64,000 bases of DNA from a virus, in the IMG/VR virus record IMGVR_UViG_3300027908_000020, positions 60,545-124,544 of that record. One strand, given 5' to 3'. The translations under genes were made by a program, and so were the position numbers. Below the pieces are notes generated by a model. That model searched no databases. It was not told the origin of the DNA and was given only the letters and a program-made list of their open reading frames with translations. Below, piece by piece: positions 58,052-64,000 of this stretch. Numbering within the stretch: position 1 is the stretch's first letter; each line of letters starts with the position of its first letter.

Positions 58052-58840
58052 ATGCCAAAGAAGATTCCGCTAACAGACGAGTTTATACAGCAAGTCAAGC
58101 AGCTATATGATCAAGATTTAGGCGCGCGGAAGATAGCAAAAAATCTAGGCGTGACCAGAGATCTAGTACAAAATGCGTATAAAGTACTTGGCCTATATAA
58201 TATAGGAAGACTAAAACCAAGAACTGCTTACAAAGCCAAAGAAAAACGCTGCAAACGTTGTGAACAAGTAAAGGTGGTTAAGGAATTTAGGAAGCGTTTT
58301 AATACCAAAACTGGTCGGACCTCTTATGAAGTATATTGCTTACTATGTGAAAAAGACTATAACAGTGAAAAATATTACGAAGATTTAGAAACATCCAGAG
58401 CATATATGCGCGAGTGGAACAAAAATAATCGTAAAACTATAAACGCCTACGAATCAAATCGCACCAAATCAGACATTAATTTCAAATTACGCAAACGAGT
58501 CTCATCCTCAATTTATCAAGCGCTGCTGCGTACTAATAACAGAAAAACTGGTTCAATATTAAAATATCTTCCATATCCTATAAAACAATTAAGAAGGCAT
58601 CTTGAAGCGCAGTTTGAACTATGGATGACATGGGAAAATTTTGGGAAATACGAAAGCAAAACTTGGAATGATAACGATACAGCAACCCAGACTTGGAATA
58701 TTGATCATATAATTCCTCAATCGAAACTTCCATATACAAGCATGGAAGATGATAATTTTAAGAAGTGTTGGGCATTGGAAAATTTAAGACCTTTATCTGC
58801 AAAACAAAATATTTTAGACGGAAACAGAAGAATTGTATAA
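58052..58840 (+). CDS. HNH homing endonuclease with HTH and Zn-finger
   Basis: WNIDHIIPQS...WALENLRPLSAKQN; ATG 58052 preferred because the TTG at 58001 is the -35 box. Confidence 0.88.
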   Translation: MPKKIPLTDEFIQQVKQLYDQDLGARKIAKNLGVTRDLVQNAYKVLGLYNIGRLKPRTAYKAKEKRCKRCEQVKVVKEFRKRFNTKTGRTSYEVYCLLCEKDYNSEKYYEDLETSRAYMREWNKNNRKTINAYESNRTKSDINFKLRKRVSSSIYQALLRTNNRKTGSILKYLPYPIKQLRRHLEAQFELWMTWENFGKYESKTWNDNDTATQTWNIDHIIPQSKLPYTSMEDDNFKKCWALENLRPLSAKQNILDGNRRIV

Positions 58841-58892
58841 TATTTTGTTATATAGTTAGTAGACTTAACATCTAATTCTATAGGAAATTATA

Positions 58893-59513
58893 ATGCCACT
58901 CGCTTCAGGTTATCCGCAGACAGGTTCAATTCTCGAAGGCTCTAATGGGCAAGATCGTACCGGTACTGCAATTTCGACTAATATAGTCATACAGGTTAAT
59001 AACACGCCTGTAGGAGCTATACAAACCCTATCTATACGAGAACAAAGAACAATTACCATGGTAGACGAAGTTGGAACTGATGGTCACATCGATAGCGTGC
59101 CAACAAAGTCTACAGATATTTCTGGCGAATGTCGCAGAATTAGATATGACTTACTAAGAGTTGGACCAGCGTTCAGCAGAGACTTTTTCCACGTAGCATC
59201 ACAAAGAATTCCATTTGATATTGTTATCATAGATAAATGGAATGGTGATGGAAGCAATGCTATTATAACAACAATTAAAAATGTATGGATTCAATCGATA
59301 GGTTATGCTTATAATGCAGATAATTGGCTAATTATTGATGATATGTCTTGGGTAGCTGAAAATATTTCCAGTACCTTGAATGGTGGCCTTGCTGCAACAA
59401 GCGGCCCAAGAGGATTTACCTTGCAAAATGATGCTGTAGAGCAATCCACAGATGTAGGATCTTTTAGAGGAAGTCTAAGTGCGCCAGGACTCATCAATGA
59501 GTTCTTCCAGTAA
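58893..59513 (+). CDS. Tail tube protein
   Basis: 206 aa after the sheath; VGAIQTLSIREQR...EVGTDG, PFDIVII, TIKNVWI, DDMSWVAE. Confidence 0.8.
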   Translation: MPLASGYPQTGSILEGSNGQDRTGTAISTNIVIQVNNTPVGAIQTLSIREQRTITMVDEVGTDGHIDSVPTKSTDISGECRRIRYDLLRVGPAFSRDFFHVASQRIPFDIVIIDKWNGDGSNAIITTIKNVWIQSIGYAYNADNWLIIDDMSWVAENISSTLNGGLAATSGPRGFTLQNDAVEQSTDVGSFRGSLSAPGLINEFFQ

Positions 59514-59591
59514 CGGTTAAAATAATAGTTATTTAACTATGGGACCGAATTGATATATTATTCCTTGTAAGAAACTATTTCAAGGAAAATA

Positions 59592-60215
59592 ATGCCCCCA
59601 GAATTCAATAGCCCAAGTTTTAGACGAAACGTTGCAACACAACAAGGACAACTCAGAGAGTTCACTGTTGGTACGCCGGAAGAAATTGCCCAGAGTCATG
59701 TTCAGCAGGCTCATGTACCTCAACGCGAGATGACTGCCGAAGAGCTAGATGCTCTAGAACGTAGCGTTAAAGAAGCAAGAAAAGAAAAACTCTCCAATAT
59801 GGAGAAGATTAGTGACCCAGCTAAAAGACGTATTGAAATTTTAGCTAATATAGGTCGCATCACAAAAGATGTTGTACTTGACGGATTCACATTTTCTTTG
59901 AGGACACTTAAATCAAAAGAAACAAGAGACGCCGCACTACAATCATTTAAGGTAGATACAAATTTAGAGTTAAGTTTTGAATCGCGCAGGCATCAGCTTG
60001 CGCGTTCTATTTTTAAGATTGATGGTCACGAGGTGGCATACATACTCGGTGATGATAGCGTGGAAACAAAATTAAAGTTTTTAGATGAGCTGGAAGAAAG
60101 TGTAGTTCTCAAGCTGTTTGATGAGTTTTCTACATTGAAAACCGAAGCTAATTCAAAATTTAGTATCAATTCCGAAACTGAAGCAAAGGAGGTTGCTGAG
60201 GACCTAAAAAAATAG
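59592..60215 (+). CDS. Tail assembly chaperone (G-like)
   Basis: Between tube and tape measure; ends at a slippery site. Confidence 0.75.
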   Translation: MPPEFNSPSFRRNVATQQGQLREFTVGTPEEIAQSHVQQAHVPQREMTAEELDALERSVKEARKEKLSNMEKISDPAKRRIEILANIGRITKDVVLDGFTFSLRTLKSKETRDAALQSFKVDTNLELSFESRRHQLARSIFKIDGHEVAYILGDDSVETKLKFLDELEESVVLKLFDEFSTLKTEANSKFSINSETEAKEVAEDLKK

Positions 60216-60239
60216 TAAGGGAGCCTGATCACAGGTTCC
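60187..60239 (+). other. Programmed -1 frameshift cassette
   Basis: AGGAGG (60187-92), A_AAA_AAA (60206-12), 7-nt spacer, hairpin GGAGCCTG-ATCA-CAGGTTCC (60220-39). Confidence 0.85.
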
Positions 60240-60568
60240 TTTGGTTTTTGTGTAAGACTTTTGGTAAGATGCCTGACGATCCAGACATAGAAGACATGGA
60301 TCCGGTAATGAAAGCTTGGATGTTTTACAGTTGGATAGAAGACTATAATGATGAATTTAAGTTATTAGAAAATCAAGGTTATCTAATAGGATCTTTCATA
60401 AATCCAGAAGCAGTTAAGAGAGCTATGGGCAACGGTATGGAAGTCCACGCCTCAGATGAAAAAGAATTTGAGGATACACTCAAGAAGATTCGTGAAGGCA
60501 GTAAGAAAGATCAGGAAAAAGCTGCTAATACATCAAAACGAAGACGTAAGCGTAAAATTCAAGGATGA
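60206..60568 (+). CDS. Tail assembly chaperone -1 frame extension (GT-like)
   Basis: The -1 frame is open from the slippery site (KKIVREPDHRFLWFLCKTFG...). Confidence 0.8.
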   Translation, partial: KKIVREPDHRFLWFLCKTFGKMPDDPDIEDMDPVMKAWMFYSWIEDYNDEFKLLENQGYLIGSFINPEAVKRAMGNGMEVHASDEKEFEDTLKKIREGSKKDQEKAANTSKRRRKRKIQG

Positions 60569-60571
60569 TAA

Positions 60572-62701
60572 ATGGCGGATGGAAAAGATCAGATTGATGC
60601 AGCAGCACAAAGTGCCAGCGCCTTGGCTGACATTCTAAAGGGCGTTGATACGCAGATTGCTGGTCTAATTGGTAGTTTAACCAAGACAGGTGATGTAGCC
60701 AAAACCAATTTTACCAGCGCAGCTGAAGGTGCTAACATGCTTAAAATAGCATTAGGCCAAATGCCTCAGGAACTGGAAAACTGGGATAGGCAAATGAGCG
60801 ACACTGGTGCAGGTGTTTCAAAATTTATTGATACTGCAATAGATGAGTTCACCAGATTTGGTAGGTTTTTTCTTGGGAAAAATATGTTTGAGTCCTTTGG
60901 TAAAGATGCTAAAGATCAGTTCCAAACCATTGGCGATAGTGTTAGCGGTGTAACCGATGTATTAGGAAAACTCCGTGTACCAGCAACTGCAATTAATCTT
61001 ATTGAGACGTTATCAAAGACAGCAGAAGGCGGACAAAAGGCAGAAGCTGGATTTTATGCCATGCTTGCAGCATCTGGTCAATTAGAGCTAGCATTTGATA
61101 AAGATACTGGCGCACTTAAAGATCTAAATGCTATGGCATCAAACTATACCGATAGACTTACTAAAGTCGCGGACGCTACAAACTTTAGCGTAAAACAAGT
61201 TATAGACTTTGCTAATAACCTAGGTAAAATTCCTGGTGTCATGGATGGTACTATAATGGCTGGCAGCGAGCTTGGTGATCAGCTTGACTCAACGACAGCA
61301 GCATTAAGATTAATGACGGGCACTGGGCAACAAGCATCCGACATAATTGCAGAGTTCACAAGGGCGCAACAAGATCTTGGAAATGCAACAGGTGAAGTGA
61401 CGGACAGCAGTCAAAAAGCAGCTAATTTTATTTCAGCAATGGCTCAAGTAAGCAAGGGCGCAAATCTCAGTTTTAGTGATGCTAGGGGTTATCTGGAAGG
61501 TGTTGCGGAACAATTCAAATTTGTTGGTGATAACACTGATTCAGCAGCAAAAGTAATGGATTCATTCTCTCGTGCATTGAGAGATACAGGGCTTACAGCA
61601 AAAGCTTCTTCCGAAGTTGTTTCAGATATGGTTAAACAAGTTGCTAACCTTAATCTTGGAACCAAAGCTTTTATTTCTCTTCGTAGCGGTGGACCCGGTG
61701 GATTGCAGGGAGCTTTTAGGTTTGAAGAGTTGCTACGTCAAGGTAGGCTTGACGAAGTTGTGAATCAAATGCAGAGAGCGTTTAGACAACAGGCTGGTGG
61801 TAGAATATACAGTTTAGAAGAAGCTTCTGCAAGCCCACAGGCAGCTGCACAATTTGCAAGACAAAGAGCCCTCCTGCAAAGCGGAGTATTTGGTATTGGT
61901 AAGGGTGCTTCGGATGATCAAGCCACAAGAATTTTAGAAGCTATAAAATCTGGAAATGTTAATGTACTGAAAGATGAAATCAAAACTGGTCAAGCTGCAA
62001 TTAAGGATGTAACTGAAAAGGGATCTGAAATTCAAGCAAGAAACAACACTATTCTAAATCAAATGTCTCGAAATGTTGAACGGACTGCCATCTCTGCCGA
62101 ACTAACAGCAGCTGCCGAAGTTAAAAGATCATTTGGCACTGATGTAAATTCTAAACTTGTAGATAGTGTAAGAAAACAAATGGACGAAGCAACAGTAAAT
62201 GCTCGTGAAGCAGTTGGAGCTGAGACTACGCCGGACACCGCTGAAAATGAAAATGCAAGACTGCAAGTTCATGCCGAAACATTCAAACAGGCTGGCAAAG
62301 ATGTTTTAACAGGAGTTAAAACGCTTGGAGAGCATGTGATTAATGCTGCAAAGCAGCCACCTGGTGCAGCATTCCGCGGACCAAGAATAGAATCAGCTTC
62401 GCCACTTCCTATGCCAACAATACCAATGGCACCAGGCCCTCGGCCGGATATAAGAGCGTTGACTGCTGGGGCCTCCACAACCGAACATCAGGAAAGGCAA
62501 CAGCAGACAGTTAGAACTGCCAGAGAGGCAGCTGAAGAGCAGAAACGTCAGCATCAACAGCATCCACCACAGAATGTGAAACTAGAAATAGAAGTAACAG
62601 CTCCAAATGGATATGGGGTAAATGTTAAATCAGACAATACCGCAGCAGTTATCAATAGAAAGGCTATGAACCCAGTAGCCCCAGGAGATACAGGAAACTA
62701 A
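60572..62701 (+). CDS. Tape measure protein
   Basis: 709-aa Ala/Gln-rich helical protein after the chaperones. Confidence 0.75.
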   Translation: MADGKDQIDAAAQSASALADILKGVDTQIAGLIGSLTKTGDVAKTNFTSAAEGANMLKIALGQMPQELENWDRQMSDTGAGVSKFIDTAIDEFTRFGRFFLGKNMFESFGKDAKDQFQTIGDSVSGVTDVLGKLRVPATAINLIETLSKTAEGGQKAEAGFYAMLAASGQLELAFDKDTGALKDLNAMASNYTDRLTKVADATNFSVKQVIDFANNLGKIPGVMDGTIMAGSELGDQLDSTTAALRLMTGTGQQASDIIAEFTRAQQDLGNATGEVTDSSQKAANFISAMAQVSKGANLSFSDARGYLEGVAEQFKFVGDNTDSAAKVMDSFSRALRDTGLTAKASSEVVSDMVKQVANLNLGTKAFISLRSGGPGGLQGAFRFEELLRQGRLDEVVNQMQRAFRQQAGGRIYSLEEASASPQAAAQFARQRALLQSGVFGIGKGASDDQATRILEAIKSGNVNVLKDEIKTGQAAIKDVTEKGSEIQARNNTILNQMSRNVERTAISAELTAAAEVKRSFGTDVNSKLVDSVRKQMDEATVNAREAVGAETTPDTAENENARLQVHAETFKQAGKDVLTGVKTLGEHVINAAKQPPGAAFRGPRIESASPLPMPTIPMAPGPRPDIRALTAGASTTEHQERQQQTVRTAREAAEEQKRQHQQHPPQNVKLEIEVTAPNGYGVNVKSDNTAAVINRKAMNPVAPGDTGN

Positions 62702-62702
62702 C

Positions 62703-63551
62703 ATGACATCTTTACTCAATGGTGTAGGACAATCAGTTGGAAGTCTAGGCAATCAAGCATCCGGGCCGCTTGACCAAGCTGTAAATTCGATATCAAATAT
62801 TGGGGAGCAGCTGGGAATTCTGCCTTTTAGCCCATCAAACAGCGGCGAAGGATTGCCATCTAGCGATGTTCAGCCGCTGCAGCCTAGTACAACACAAAGA
62901 AACATAGTTAATTGGTTTGTTCCTGAAGTTGGAATCATTAATATGTATGTTAATCCACAAGCTATTGAATATTCTTTTAAGAAGCTTATAACACCTCAAA
63001 GAACAAAAGGTGGGTATATCATACAATACTGGGGCGAAGAACTTACAACTCTTAACATAAGAGGGCATACCGGCGGTTCCGGTGTTGAAGGACTAAATGT
63101 TCTATATGAAATATATAGAGCAGAACAGCTTTTGTTTGATCCAATTGCATTAACAATGGCATCAGCAAATTCTCTGTCTGGAGTCAACAGTTTAGTAAAT
63201 AGTGTACTAGGAAATGCTGGAGGACTAGGATCTGTCCTGCAAAACGCAACACAGGGCGTTCTTGGGCTTAATCCATTAAGTCAATCGATTGTGCCAACAA
63301 ACATCCCATCGCTTGCCTCAATAGCAATGGGTATAGAAATGTACTATACAGGATGGGTATTTCACGGATACTTTACGAACTTTTCTTTCACTGAGAGCGC
63401 TGATCGTTTAGGCCTATTTGATTATAACATAGGTTTTACTGTTACGCAAAAGAGGGGATACAGAACAAATTCACTTCCTTGGCAGCGTAGTGCAATTAGC
63501 GGGCCAAGCAATAATAGTCCTGGTGGAACTCCTTTGAGTTTCCGTGGGTAA
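62703..63551 (+). CDS. Baseplate hub/tube-initiator-like protein
   Basis: MYVNPQ.I.YS.KK, QYWGEEL..L.I.G.TG, GYF.NFSFTESA...FDYNIGF pattern; follows the TMP. Confidence 0.6.
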   Translation: MTSLLNGVGQSVGSLGNQASGPLDQAVNSISNIGEQLGILPFSPSNSGEGLPSSDVQPLQPSTTQRNIVNWFVPEVGIINMYVNPQAIEYSFKKLITPQRTKGGYIIQYWGEELTTLNIRGHTGGSGVEGLNVLYEIYRAEQLLFDPIALTMASANSLSGVNSLVNSVLGNAGGLGSVLQNATQGVLGLNPLSQSIVPTNIPSLASIAMGIEMYYTGWVFHGYFTNFSFTESADRLGLFDYNIGFTVTQKRGYRTNSLPWQRSAISGPSNNSPGGTPLSFRG

Positions 63552-63563
63552 TAAAGGTGATGT

Positions 63564-64000
63564 ATGGGCGCAAGTAATCCACTATATTCTTTTGGGCAAG
63601 TTCTCAGTCAGCAATTTAATATAGGAAGTCAGAATTCTGTTAGCCAAGGTCTGTCCTCTAGTGGCATTGGTCCAAATTACGGTGGCCTAGGTGGATTTGC
63701 AGACCAGACCTTTCAAATGAATGCTGACAGATCGTATGTGGAGGATGGTTGGTTCACGACTAGTTTGTATAACCCTACTCCAAAAACTCTAGACGTTCTT
63801 ATGCAAGATCCAGATGTTACGGTATTTGTTAAAAAACGTGCGTTTGCATCACTTGCAGAGAATTTTAGACCCGATCTGATGGACCAGAATGAAGCATTAT
63901 TTTTGTACGCTACAAAAGTTTTATTTCAAAATAAATGCGACCAAATTTCAACCTTTGAAAAGCTAACTAAATTATCAAAAGTTGCTACGGAAACAGGTAG
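63564..64000 (+). CDS. Probable baseplate/tail protein, 3'-truncated by the window end
   Basis: ATG 63564 (MGASNPLYSFGQVL...), frame open to the window end; not in the ORF track. Confidence 0.6.
   Translation, partial: MGASNPLYSFGQVLSQQFNIGSQNSVSQGLSSSGIGPNYGGLGGFADQTFQMNADRSYVEDGWFTTSLYNPTPKTLDVLMQDPDVTVFVKKRAFASLAENFRPDLMDQNEALFLYATKVLFQNKCDQISTFEKLTKLSKVATETG

Noticed and set aside
1629-58840. Group I introns housing the endonucleases
   Set aside because: Flanking genes end with their own stops and no split exons or room for ribozyme cores were found; the endonucleases look free-standing.
1248-63187. Many short antisense or alternate-frame ORFs in the track (e.g. 2903..3298, 10209..10547, 11412..11711, 13815..14186, 45272..45640, 53049..53411)
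   Set aside because: They are shadow ORFs of long biased genes, with no RBS or recognisable motifs.
55151-63551. Tailocin, eCIS or T6SS interpretation of the sheath-tube-baseplate genes
   Set aside because: Portal, protease and major capsid genes are in the same module, so this is a complete phage virion cluster.
1-64000. Stop-codon reassignment, as in some large phages
   Set aside because: Long genes are intact under code 11 and end at TAA, TAG or TGA followed by plausible new starts; there is no systematic fragmentation.
1-64000. tRNA, rRNA or CRISPR arrays
   Set aside because: No cloverleaf or T-loop context and no repeat-spacer periodicity were seen; intergenic gaps are short. A tRNAscan/Infernal run would be needed to exclude them fully.

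Overview
This window is the virion morphogenesis region of a large contractile-tailed dsDNA phage (myovirus); it is AT-rich and uses the standard genetic code. Gene order: portal (5'-truncated), a block of probable internal head/cargo proteins (including a lytic transglycosylase and a CX5R phosphatase), a 1276-aa prohead protease/scaffold, more internal or ejection-type proteins, two paralogous decoration-like genes, major capsid protein, accessory genes (patatin, cold-shock protein, 2H phosphoesterase, zincin, a 1063-aa unknown), neck proteins, fibre/baseplate proteins, tail completion, sheath, tube, frameshifting tail chaperones, tape measure and baseplate hub. Twelve endonuclease genes outside any intron or intein (6 HNH, 3 GIY-YIG, 3 LAGLIDADG, one of them fused in frame to a host gene) and one intein have invaded the module. 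Highlights: (1) a recurring K-x-A motif that appears to mark head proteins and enzymes as protease-processed cargo; (2) a second, non-canonical -1 frameshift candidate in a head gene; (3) two promoter-like motif classes separating structural genes from endonucleases, with RBS-occluding hairpins; (4) rare-codon recoded 3' ends of core genes next to endonucleases; (5) an AP2+LAGLIDADG intein inside a Zn-finger of a neck protein. All product calls come from motif recognition only; no searches were run.
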